Below, in pieces: positions 25,101 to 37,158 of a stretch of 64,000 nucleotides of DNA (position 1 is its first letter; every line of letters begins with the position of its first letter). The DNA comes from Macrostomum lignano. Lineage: Eukaryota. Both the position numbers and the translations under genes were made by a program. Location of the stretch: NCBI GenBank assembly GCA_002269645.1, contig NIVC01000031.1, positions 310,001 to 374,000 of the forward strand, given 5' to 3'. Under the pieces are notes generated by a model that saw only the letters and a list, made by a program, of their open reading frames with translations, did no database searches and had not been told where the DNA came from.

Positions 25101-28100
25101 TGTCTAACAGGTGAGAACACACACACTGTCAAACAGATGAACACACACACACACTGTCTAACAGGTGAGAACACACACACTGTCAAACAGATGAACACAC
25201 ACACACACTGTCTAACAGGTGAACACACACACACACTGTCTAACAGGTGAACACACACACACACTGTCTAACAGGTGAACACACACACACACTGTCTAAC
25301 AGGTGAACACAAAAAATCTGTTCTAAAAAACCCGCATAACTACGGAAACCCTGCAGTGAAAATGATGCAACGAGATCCGACACAGAAGTAAAAAATTCGA
25401 TTAACTCCCGCGGAGGCGCTGGAGTAGTAGCCGGTGCCAGCAACTTCGGCCCGATGGCGCTGCCGGGAGTTGCCAAGCCGGCTGAAGCGGTCAGGAATGG
25501 TGGCAAAGTGCAAACTGCAGATGCTGGCAACGGAGCCGGGGTCAGAGGCGGCAGCGGCAGCGGAGGAGGTGACAGCGGTGGACGAAAGCGAACTCGACCT
25601 GTACCGGCCAATGTTCAGTGTAAGTTGTGCTGGCGTTTTCTGGATTGGTGGATTGACGGATAGATGAGTGATTAGTCACTTTGATGATTGATTGATCAAT
25701 TATTGATTGATTGATTCAGCCATTACTTGAACAGTTGATTAATTGTTTGATTGACTGACTGATTGATTGATAGATTGACTGACTGACTGACTGACTGACT
25801 GACTGACTGACTGACTGACTGACTGACTGACTGACTGACTGACTGACTGACTGACTGACTGACTGACTGACTGACTGACTGACTGACTGACTGACTGACT
25901 GACTGACTGACTGACTGACTGACTGACTGACTGACTGACTGACTGACTGACTGACTGACTGACTGACTGACTGACTGACTGACTGACTGACTGACTGACT
26001 GACTGACTGACTGACTGACTGACTGACTGACTGACTGACTGACTGACTGACTGACTGACTGACTGACTGACTGACTGACTGACTGACTGACTGACTGACT
26101 GACTGACTGACTGACTGACTGACTGACTGACTGACTGACTGACTGACTGACTGACTGACTGACTGACTGACTGACTGACTGACTGACTGACTGACTGACT
26201 GACTGACTGACTGACTGACTGACTGACTGACTGACTGACTGACTGACTGACTGACTGACTGACTGACTGACTGACTGACTGACTGACTGACTGACTGACT
26301 GACTGACTGACTGACTGACTGACTGACTGACTGACTGACTGACTGACTGACTGACTGACTGACTGACTGACTGACTGACTGACTGACTGACTGACTGACT
26401 GACTGACTGACTGACTGACTGACTGACTGACTGACTGACTGACTGACTGACTGACTGACTGACTGACTGACTGACTGACTGACTGACTGACTGACTGACT
26501 GACTGACTGACTGACTGACTGACTGACTGACTGACTGACTGACTGACTGACTGACTGACTGACTGACTGACTGACTGACTGACTGACTGACTGACTGACT
26601 GACTGACTGACTGACTGACTGACTGACTGACTGACTGACTGACTGACTGACTGACTGACTGACTGACTGACTGACTGACTGACTGACTGACTGACTGACT
26701 GACTGACTGACTGACTGACTGACTGACTGACTGACTGACTGACTGACTGACTGACTGACTGACTGACTGACTGACTGACTGACTGACTGACTGACTGACT
26801 GACTGACTGACTGACTGACTGACTGACTGACTGACTGACTGACTGACTGACTGACTGACTGACTGACTGACTGACTGACTGACTGACTGACTGACTGACT
26901 GACTGACTGACTGACTGACTGACTGACTGACTGACTGACTGACTGACTGACTGACTGACTGACTGACTGACTGACTGACTGACTGACTGACTGACTGACT
27001 GATTGATCGATTGCTGATTGATTGATTAATTGATAGCCTAATTAATTACTCGATTGATTGATTGATTGATTTATCAATTGATTAATTGATTCCTTAATTG
27101 ATTTACTGACTGATTGATCGATTATTGATAGATTGATTTGTTGAATGATATATCGATTAAATAACTGATAAATTAGTTTAACAGCAATGTATATATGTGT
27201 CTTCACTTACTCATCGGCAGTGTACATGTGACCCACTCAGAGTGGTAAATCTATCATGAGCGAGAATCGAACCCAAGAACTCAGTAGTATCAGCATCACG
27301 TCTCAATAATCAAATTGTATCGGCTGATTTATAAAATTCCAGCTATTTTCCAACGCACTACTTTCAGACACGAATCCAGCCTTTAGCTCCAGTTCGAACC
27401 AGCTGGATGGAGCAGCGGTTGTGGGCTCGACCACCAGTCTGTTTCGGAATTCCAGCCTTCTGAGACCGGTGTCTTACACGGCTTCGCTTGAGTCCAGTAA
27501 GATTTAAGCTCTGATTGACGTTTGCTATTGTAGATTATGGATGTTGGATGCTGGGGAATATGGATGCTGGAGTATTGATTACGGATAAACGGACGATGCA
27601 TAATGGTCGATGATAGATGCTAGATTAGCGATGATGAATGATGGATGAAGGATGCTGGATTGGGGATGATGAATGCTGGATTGGGGATGATGGATGCTGG
27701 ATTAGGGATGAAGGATGCTGGGTTAGGGATGTTGGATGAAGGATGCTGGATTAGGGATGTTGGGTGAATGATGCTGGATTAGGGATGTTGGATGAAGGAT
27801 GCTGGATTAGGGATGTTGGATGAAGGATGTTGGATTAAGGATCATAGATGCTGGAATGTGATTATCGATAATGGATGCTGAAAGATGAATGCTAGATGAT
27901 GCATGATAGATACCGTATCATTTCGAGCACTTGCATCTATGCATGTCAGAATAATACTCGATCAGGTTTTTGTCTCCCAGCTACATCTCAGTCCCCCAAA
28001 ACCCGCATCAAACCAGACAAACCCAGCGACCGACCGGACTCATTGGCCCCTGGCAAGAGCTCAGCCGCTCTAATCCAGCATCCGCAGGTGCGAACTTCTC

Positions 28101-28708
28101 CCGCAACAACCCTGGATCCGCGCACCTTTCTCAGTCAAGACGGTCTCGGCCCGACATCCCGACGCGCTGTTGCCGTCTCAGACTACTCAAAGCGGCTGTC
28201 TTACGCTGAGCAGCAACCCCAGCAGCAGCAGCAACAGCAACAGCCGCAACAACATCAGAAGCGACTGTCCTATGCTGAACAGCGAGCCAAAACTGGTAGC
28301 AGTGTAGAGCTTGTCAGCGGCCAAGTTTTCGCTTCATCTCCAGTCTCCTACTCAGCTACTAACAGTAGCAGCTCGGGCCAGGACCGCTCCCTGCCCAGAC
28401 AGTCGGCTGCCATGGTTCGAGTCCTGCCAACTCAGATCGAAGAGGAACTTGTTGGCAGAAAGAAGCATCCGGCACCGCCGCCGCCACCGCAGGCTGTGCA
28501 AGTTGGCCCGAGCTTTCCTAAGACAGCAACTAGGTCGGATTCTTTTGCAAGGCAACAAAAACCACAACCGGAACAGGTGGAAGACCCGGTGCCGCCCAGA
28601 CACCGGGGCCTCAACCGGGTCAATCTTGGCGGCGAAGAGGACGGACGAAGCGTGACGAGCACTGTGCTCAAGCAGGAGGGTGAGAATTCTAGTATAAGTT
28701 TTTGTTGA
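22133..28708 (+). CDS. Orphan single-pass (type I) membrane protein, TM and cytoplasmic exons 22133-22280, 25357-25619, 27368-27496, 27981-28679 (or read-through to the stop at 28708); ectodomain exons unresolved
   Basis: TM segment GLAIAGISLGAAIVAALFVLLIYCLV followed by KRRQR. Four GT-AG exons join in compatible phases. The tail has YTNPAF, poly-Q, a repeated KRLSYAEQ and PAPPPP. Confidence 0.65.
22445..25310. repeat. Compound minisatellite TGTCTAACAG(G/A)TGAAC(AC)n, ~22-34 bp variable unit
   Basis: Roughly 100+ copies filling intron 22281-25356. Confidence 0.97.
25777..27000. repeat. Uninterrupted (GACT)n, about 306 units, with degenerate (GATT)n flanks
   Basis: Direct reading. Confidence 0.97.
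27640..27840. repeat. Degenerate ~28-bp repeat (GGATGCTGGATTAGGGATGTTGGATGAA)
   Basis: Several diverged copies. Confidence 0.8.
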
Positions 28709-28726
28709 GTTCTCTATTTTGGATTG

Positions 28727-28740
28727 GTTGCCATAGCAAC
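28727..28740. promoter_or_regulatory. RFX X-box-like palindrome GTTGCCATAGCAAC (others at 34286, 34379, 40504, 51692)
   Basis: Close match to the RFX consensus GTTGCCATGGCAAC; function not shown. Confidence 0.4.
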
Positions 28741-31700
28741 CGTAGCAACCATAGACAGGCATCATTCAGTCACATTTTACATGTAAATTATTTGGCATAG
28801 AGAAGAGAGAAGAGAAATAGGAGACAGGAGAGGCGAGGAAATAGAGGAGAAAAGAGTAGAGGCGAGAGGAGAGGAGAGAGCTGAGAAGAGACCCGAGGGC
28901 CGGATAGAGGGCCGAGGCTTCGCGGGCGCCGCATGTGGAGTTTGCCGACCCGTGGTTCAGATTGCTTTATCACTATGGGATTTCCCTCTATATGGTTTCT
29001 ATTTTTCTATTTTTGGATAGAGGGATACCCACTACCGGCGTGCGATTGGGATTCGTTTAGTCACGTGACTTTTATTACATTTACAATACGAGCTAATTTT
29101 AATTACGCGATCTTCCGCGTTTGTCGCGTGATTAAACTTTTGTGCAACATTTAAAAAATTTAAATTTATAAGTTCAAGGTCTACTATTTTACTAATAAAT
29201 TAAAATTGGATTATAAAATTTTCAGCGAACCTGTAACTTTTCACACGAATTTCAGCTCTGCAAGCTTTTGAATTCCTGGACACGCTGGAGTGATCGAAAT
29301 CGATGAGTTGAGGTGTTCAAGACCCACTTTGTTATTTATAAATTATGCAACTTAAAAAAACACTTTGGTTGGTTCCAATTGTACTATTCGATGAAAAATG
29401 ATTAAATTTAATTTGTTAATATTCGCTATTTTTTTTGTTTAAACGACTATAAAAAGTAAGTGTTTTAAATTGCCCATTTTTTTGTCTAAATGCTCTCGAC
29501 ATTCGTTGCTCGTCCGACAACATATCGGTATATACCCTAGTACAGGTTTCTCATGACTCATGCATGTAACTTATATTGAAAAGAAGTAACCTACGTTTTA
29601 AATAATTTACTTCTCTCAACTTTATTTACTGCTCTGATTCATATGCATTCCTTTGTCATCCAATGTCTGCAGTAACAGTATTAGTTCGTTTAAATTACGG
29701 ACAAAAACCTTAATTTACCATCTTCTTTGTTGTCTCTTTAATATGAACTTTTAGAAAGAAACTATATTTAACAGACTGACAATAAATTTGAACACAAATT
29801 AAATTACTGATCATCTATAAATGCATATTATGTACTTTATTTTGCATTCGATATTTTCGATCGACATGTACACATGATGTACTTCGCAGTTTTCAAATTC
29901 TCTTCTTTAATGATGAACGAGATGATGGCATTGCGATCCTCTCGCGGCTAGCTACATATGATAGATCTTGCTTTTCGGGCGAAGCAAGCGAGTTTCTCAG
30001 CATCCGGGTCTCTAGCAGCACCAGATATTCTCGTGTGGACGACGTCAGGAATTAATTATTGTGGCAAGACCGCCGAGAAGTATATAGCGACGAACTTCTG
30101 GTCAGACGCTCGATCGATCTCGATCCGTCGACTCTCAGCAAAATGGTACGAAGTCCCATAGCTGACATCTGGACATCCTGGGAGTAAATAACCAGGCCGA
30201 CACTCGCCGCAACAAGTACTGCAACCATGAATGCAGGCCGGGAAATACTGATTTCTGAGTTCCTGAAAGTACGCGGTTCTGAGCTACGTAAATGTATATT
30301 GCGTGAGACCGGTGTTATACTTTCGGATATCCGTGTCTTGTGTTGTCCGCCCAGATAGTACAAGTACTTTCTGGATCTCCCCCGGATATTCCAAGCATCT
30401 TAAAGTAATCCGGCCCGGATATCTCAGGCTGCTTTACGTTCTCCGGGGTGCTTCCAGTCTCCGCCCCCCGGAAGTCACAAGCAGGTTGAAATATATCCGG
30501 CCGAAAAACTAAAGGTTTGCTTTGCGATATCCGAATTATTGTGATATGTCCGGGTCAAAAAACGATAATGAAATGTAAAAAATAAAAATAATTTTTGGAA
30601 CAAAAAGACACTATATAAGTGAACGTGTTTCAAGGATGTAAAATTACTGAGTTAGGAAAATCTTTAAAAGTTTATAAATACTATATATAATTTGGTGAAT
30701 GAAATATCCTGGTTGTTGATCATTGTCCTTTAAGTTGGTCGCCCCTTTCGGCCCACAAAAAATTTTATATACCAAATCTTCAATAGAACCCTATGCCGCT
30801 ATAGAAGTTTAGATATAAAAATCAATCCCCATTAAGAACTCCCCACCCTAAAGCCCCCATTCCCCCATATGCCACGGTGGGTGGCTTTGCATGAGCTACT
30901 TTTCATTGTAAAAGGGCGGAGTAAAGAGGCCATGAGAGCGCGCTCTTTATTCCCATTTAATATGCCTCGACGTTTAGTGTTTTGATCTTTTCCCTGAATT
31001 CATTCTCCGTAAAGAGCACACGCCGCTATTGTTCCGGGTGCCTTTTCTTGCCACAATTCCGGTTTCTCACTTTTTAGAACAATTGACCGTCTTGGAAGAA
31101 GAGGCTTTATAATTTACTTTTCTCTCGAATTTTGCGCTTCAAATTGTCCCTCACTTTGGCCAGTAAGTCTCCGGGAATATTGAACGTAGTCGTTCAATAC
31201 GAGCTCGACAAAGAACACTTGGTTTAGAGTCGCTTTTGCCATGTTTTGCCTTGGGTTGTCTGGGACTGGAGATTGCAAAGCAAAGTCACACTTGTCTTGC
31301 AATCTCCGGCCAGAGACTGCAAGCGCATGGAGATTGCAAAGAATAACACCAAGTATCAGTCAGCAGGTACAATAAAACTCCAAGTTTTTACTATCTACCA
31401 TTTTATTTTCCACGTCGAATTTCTTGTTACATCTTTTATTCTTTTTTAGAAAATTGCTAGAATACCATACTTGCAAAGAACGTTCGCGATAAAGTATTCG
31501 TTAATAATTTAAACGTTATAACAAATTTCTTAACAAAAGTTCAAGGTCAAACATTTATCATTCCCAAATTATAAAAATTAAAATTAGGTGTAAATATAAG
31601 TATAGTCTCATTTTCGATAAAATCCTAGCTACACTACAATGCGCACGTGTTTATTAGTGCAGTGATTTGTATTGGCTAATGGGACGGGACTCGGTCGAGG

Positions 31701-32779
31701 AGTGCTCAGCTTAATTTTTTGATACCTTTTTGGCTTTTTTATAGTTTTTTTAAGCAAAATAAATGAACTAAGCGTATTTCCACTGTTTATAATTGGGCCC
31801 AAATGAATCAAGCTAGGCCTAGGACCTAATATAACATTCAATAGAATAAGACTAAGTTTCGAACCAATATTCTCTGCGATTGAATAAATTATAAAGATCA
31901 AATTCCCAAGAGGCCTATGGCTATACAGTTAATACTTAGGCCTGCCTAAAGCAAAGGATTGAATACAAACTGATTTTAATGACTGGGCTATATCTACATT
32001 TTCCTTTAGCCACAAGCCTACTGCTGAGCTCAAGCCAGTAGTGAAAGGGTTAGTGATCTCTTGGAACAATGTGCAAGTTTATTTAAAATTGCGGGAAAGA
32101 GAGGTTTTAGATTTGTCTTCAATTTTAGTATATGCTTTGCTTGCCACAGGGCATAGGTTGGGATGGCAGTTGTTATGCACATGTTGCTATACACCCATGT
32201 GCAGTGGGGAGGCCTATTTATAGAAATATCGATAGATAGGCCCTATATAGACCACCATTTTGTTATCATCCCAATGTAAGTTAGAGAGCCTAAGTGTAAA
32301 TATTTTTTTTAAGTTTTTTCTTTGACAGTATTTTTCTTTTCTTTCTAGGCCCTATGCCTTTTTGCTTTTATTCTATATTTATATTTATATTATATTTATA
32401 TAGTTATAACTATATTGCAAATTCTTTTTTTTTAAACTTATTCTTTATTAGAATTTGCCTTCTATAATTTCTATATATTGGAAATTTTCAAATCATGGGA
32501 ACTTCTCTTAAGTCCTTATATATAAATATTTAAATTTTGAATATTTATTTCTAGTTTAATATTATAGGCCCTAGTTCAATAATGTTATATCAACATAACC
32601 CTATTTTAAGAAGCTTGAAATTGAGAAATTTCTATCATAGGGGCCTATCTTTTAATACATTGTGTCAAATGAAAAATTTTTGTGTTGGCATACAAACCTG
32701 GTGTACAAACAAGGTCTCATTATTTTTTCTGGCATTAAACCCGGCATATACTAATACATGATCCAAACTATTGATTGAC

Positions 32780-32958
32780 CAGTGTTTCTTAGCCTTTTTT
32801 CAGGCTATCCTAATTTATTTATTCACTTGCATTATTTTTTAATGTTTGCGACCCCTTTTATAATCTATATAATGCATCATCAAGTATGACATACTCATAT
32901 ATTTCTTAGTGTTGCAACCCCAAGAAAATGGTTGTGACCCACAGGTTAAGAACCACTG
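32780..32958. mobile_element. hAT/Charlie-type MITE (old)
   Basis: Imperfect 15-bp TIR CAGTGTTTCTTAGCC / GGTTAAGAACCACTG; no matching TSD. Confidence 0.55.
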
Positions 32959-33395
32959 GCCTATACCACCTTCCTAGGCCCTAACTCATAACTGGTTAAC
33001 TTATTGTTTATAACTATTAGTGTTATAGATAGTAATATATAATGTATCATGTATCATAATTGTATAGGCCTTAAGTCTAATTAGCCAACAAGAAACTAAT
33101 AAAGCTAAGCTTAACTTGACAACTTAAAATTTATGATTACTTACTTGAATAAAAATCTAGACTCATTTGAGACTCTAACATGCTTAAAAGTTAGAATACA
33201 GAGTTCTTGGAAAACATTTACAAATTATACTCAATATGTTCAATAATTTCAGCATCTATATAATATAAACTATCCTTGACTAAGTTATATATTCTTAATT
33301 GGTATTTGTTGCCTATTGTCAATCTATTAAATTTAGTAGATAAAGGCTAAAGTAGTACATAGTAGTTAAGTTTTAACAGTATATATATTCTAATG

Positions 33396-33691
33396 CATAC
33401 ATGCGCAACAGTCGGCCGAGTCGGCCGATCCGGCCGACTGATTTGGCAGCCAACCAAGGAAGTCGCAAAAATGCCCACCCAAAAAATACCCACGCAGTAG
33501 TACTAAGTAGCTGACGAGGCATTTTTGCCTGATAAGACAGTCATAGTTACTCCCGCCGTTTACCCAAAGTTGCGTTAATTTTGCTTTAGGGTTTTTTACA
33601 TGTAAGTCGCATTTTTGGCCAAAAACTACGTCGCATTTTTGTTAAAACTAAGTCGCACGGCCGACCGAATTTTGGACGTTGCGCATGTATG
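33396..33691. mobile_element. hAT-type MITE, 296 bp
   Basis: Perfect 14-bp TIR CATACATGCGCAAC and perfect 8-bp TSD TTCTAATG (33388-33395, 33692-33699). Confidence 0.9.
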
Positions 33692-33946
33692 TTCTAATGT
33701 GTACTTATTTATAATGAGTCATCCTATAAGCTATTCTAAATTTGCTATCTATAGTACTTATATAGTTTAATGTAGCTTATCAGAGTCTAGCCTAGTTTAT
33801 TAGATCCAAATTTTATTAAAGATCTTTACTGGACTGATGTTTAATAATTTGATATAACATTTTTCGTTTTTTTGTTTTCAGTAAAAAATTGACAAGCAAA
33901 AGAAAAGAAAAGAAAAGAAATTCTCAAGAAATTGTTCCACTGATAA

Positions 33947-35981
33947 ATGAGTGCCAACACTTGTGGCAGCAAAAGCAGCAACAGCAGCAGCCGCCAAGCC
34001 AAAGACGCTCTGGCCGCTAAGCTCGAGCAATTGACCAAAGAACTGCATAAAAAGCGGCGGCTTTTGGAAAGAAGCGAAGGACACGCGGCAGCAGCCAACG
34101 CAGCCTCTGCCGATGCGGCCACTTCTTCTAAATCTAATCAGGAGAATGACATAATCGATCAAGTAACTGATGACGTCATAATCCCAATGGACACAAGCGG
34201 CGATTTGTTTGAAATCAAATGCGATGATAATGACGTCACCATTCGGATAAAACTGACCCGGGATGCCAGGCTACAGTGCCTGTTAGTTACCATGGCAACC
34301 AGCAGGTAGATCCTGTCGATGTTGATGCAGAATCTTGTTTTGCCTGTTGCGAGATACGGGCTCTCAGTTTGGCACCCGGTTGTTATGGCAACCAAGACCA
34401 GGGTAGGACTGGAGTCATGTGCGCTACTTCTAGCGAGGAGTTCGGCAGTGTGGTTGTGCTGGACACCGGAGCGGACTGTGTGAGCGTGCTGGCCGGTGAC
34501 CGAGTTCGACAGCTCAGCCTGGGCCGCTGCGTTGTTGCCAAGTGTTGCCGGGCTGTTGCTGGGCGAATCCTGCTGGCTGTAGCTTATCCCCAGGCTGTGG
34601 CTCTCATGCTGACAGAGCTGGGCACTTGCGACACTGGCGACCAATCTTGGCCTCATTGGCAGCTGATGGGTGAGCCGCCATAACCAGATCCCCAGATGAA
34701 GCTCCCAGCCTCCCAGATCCCCAGATTAAGCTACCAGCCTCCCAGATCCCCAGATAAAGCTCCCAGCCTCCCAGATCCCCAGATTAAGCTACCAGCCTCC
34801 CAGATCCCCAGATTAAGCTACCAGCCTCCCAGATCCCCAGATAAAGCTACCAGCCTCCCAGATCCCCAGATTAAGCTACCAGCCTCCCAGATCCCCAGAT
34901 TAAGCTACCAGCTGCCCAGATCCCCAGATTAAGCTACCAGCCTCCCAGATCCCCAGATGAAGCTACCAGCCTCCCAGATCCCCAGATAAAGCTCCCAGCC
35001 TCCTAGATCCCCAGATTAAGCTACCACAATACCAGATCCCCAGATTAAGCTACCAGCCTCCCAGATCCCCAGATAAAGCTACCAGCCTCCCAGATCCCCA
35101 GATAAAGCTACCAGCCTCCCAGATACCAGATTAAGCTACCATAGTTAACAATCCACCATTTGCCCCACCAATCCGCAGGCGCGCTTCCCTGGTCAGGTGG
35201 CAGCAGCGTGGATTTTATCCCCACAGCTTCTACAGTTATTTCTGCATCCTCAAGCGGACTCGGCTGGCTCGTGAGCGATGGAGAGGCGGTGCTGCTGGAC
35301 GCGAACTGCTGCTTTGTTGAGCGAAGACTGCTGAACTGCCAGATCAGCTGTGCAGTCTCGTGCAGAGCCGATGGCATCCAAGGCGATCCCAGCAGGCACA
35401 GAGGTGTGAAAATTGCGGGACTCGAGTCCAGCATTGCCTGGCTGTGCTGCCGCTGCCATCAAATCCACTGCTGCCTGACTGCGCCAGCTGAAGGCCAGTC
35501 AGTGCCGGACACAGTTATTAATATTTATTGCAAAGAACTCAGTAGTGAGCAGCAGGTTGCTGACTGCTGTCTCATTTGGTGCGAGTTCAGACTCAAGGAC
35601 CGATTGTTGCTATGCCACTTGCTGTCGGCTGACAACAGCGAAGTCTTGTTGCTGTGCTCAAAAATCAGTACTGATCATAAATCATTACCGTCTGGCACCT
35701 GTTTGATTAGCCGGTTCCGCTTGAGCCGAGAGTCTGAGCCGCTGCATCGATGGGCAGATGTCGTTTGTCTCAGACCCGGCCGACTCTTGGCCATAGACAG
35801 CGGCAGACTGCATCGGTTGGAGTACGGCAGCTGTGGCTTCCAGTCCGCCTGTCTGTCCGATTGCTGCAGCTGGAGACTGGCGTCTCAGCTCCATCGGTTG
35901 CTAGTTAACCATTGCCCGATGCAGCTGTGCCTGCTGCCGTGTGCTTCGGATGACAGCGGCTTGTGTCTCTGCATTGACTGA
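33947..35981 (+). CDS. Uncharacterised Cys-rich protein; segments 33947-34305, 34368-34669, 35179-35981 (a 62-nt intron or a frameshift at ~34.3 kb)
   Basis: Coiled-coil-like N-terminus. The GTGAGC donor at 34670 and the CCGCAG acceptor at 35178 are phase-compatible. The short intron 34306-34367 restores the frame. No family recognised. Confidence 0.6.
34683..35140. repeat. 29-bp minisatellite (CCCAGATCCCCAGATTAAGCTACCAGCCT)n
   Basis: About 15 copies filling intron 34670-35178. Confidence 0.95.
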
Positions 35982-35999
35982 CTGCAGCTGTTGTTCAAG

Positions 36000-36460
36000 T
36001 GCTCAGTAAGCCTGAGTTGGTTAAACTGTACTCAGTAAGCCTGAGTTGGTTAAACTGTGCTCAGTAAGCCTGGGTTGGTTGAATTGTGCTGAGTAAGCCT
36101 GAGTTGGTTAAACTGTGCTCAGTAAGTCTGAGTTGGTTAAACTGTGCTCAGTAAGCCTGAGTTGGTTAAACTGTGCTCAGTAAGCCTGAGTTGGTTAAAC
36201 TGTGCTCAGTAAGCCTGAGTTGGTTGAATTGTGCTGAGTAAGTCTGAGTTGGTTAAACTGTGCTCAGTAAGTCTGAGTTGGTTAAACTGTGCTCAGTAAG
36301 TCTGAGTTGGTTAAACTGTGCTCAATAAGCCTGAGTTGGTTAAACTGTGCTCAGTAAGCCTGAGTTGGTTAAACTGTGCTCAGTAAGCCTGAGTTGGTTA
36401 AACTGTGCTCAGTAAGCCTGAGTTGGTTAAACTGTGCTCAATAAGCCTGAGTTGGTTCAA
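36000..36460. repeat. 29-bp minisatellite (CTCAGTAAGCCTGAGTTGGTTAAACTGTG)n
   Basis: About 16 copies; each contains a CTCAG/CTGAG inverted repeat and GTAAG. Confidence 0.95.
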
Positions 36461-37158
36461 CTGCAGTGCTCACAGATTGTGATTCTGAGTTGATATCGAT
36501 TTTTTAATCAGAATGGAATCTGGAGAGAGTGCAGAAATTCTGATCTAATTCATATTTACAAACAAGAATGATGGCCCGGCAACTGTAATTATGAGCTTAT
36601 GAGGACCATGAAATTGGAATTTTTAGGGCACTGTCGACTGAGAAATGCTTATAAGTAGTATGTATGCTACTTGTAATTTGCTTGGAGGTCATTGATAAAT
36701 TTATAACAAATCTTTCGTTCTGCATTTTTTTCTTATAAAAATAAACTTGCTATGTGTGCCCTGTTTTGTTTTATTAAGGTGAAGTTTATTAAAAGTTCTT
36801 GTAAACTGAATATGAGTGCACTTGTACTTTAAAGGCACAGTTGTATTTTGCAGTGGAAAAGTTGCATTTTTTAATAGTTCAGCATGTGCATAAAATATCA
36901 AATTTTCCGATATATACAGGGTTTATTTCTGCTAAATTTATTAAAACCTTTTGAAGACTTGAGTTTATTCCGCGTTAAAGTAAAAAATTTGTGTTTGTTT
37001 TAGCTTTAATTCAATTTGATTTTCCATTTTCCAAGAAACGTATCTACGTTACGTAAAGAGTCAGCAACTGCAGCAGTTTGGTTTATAAGGTTGTATCATT
37101 AATTTGGTGCATCACTTTCTCTGAGATGGAGTGCATAAGCAGAATCCAGCAGAGATTC

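Noticed and set aside
31020-31420. MADF/Myb-like remnant and TTGCAATCTCC hairpin
   Set aside because: Too short and broken to support a call.
33947-35981. FANCB/FAAP100 identity for the Cys-rich gene
   Set aside because: Only faint motif echoes (SSIAW, LLAIDSGRL); insufficient without a profile search.
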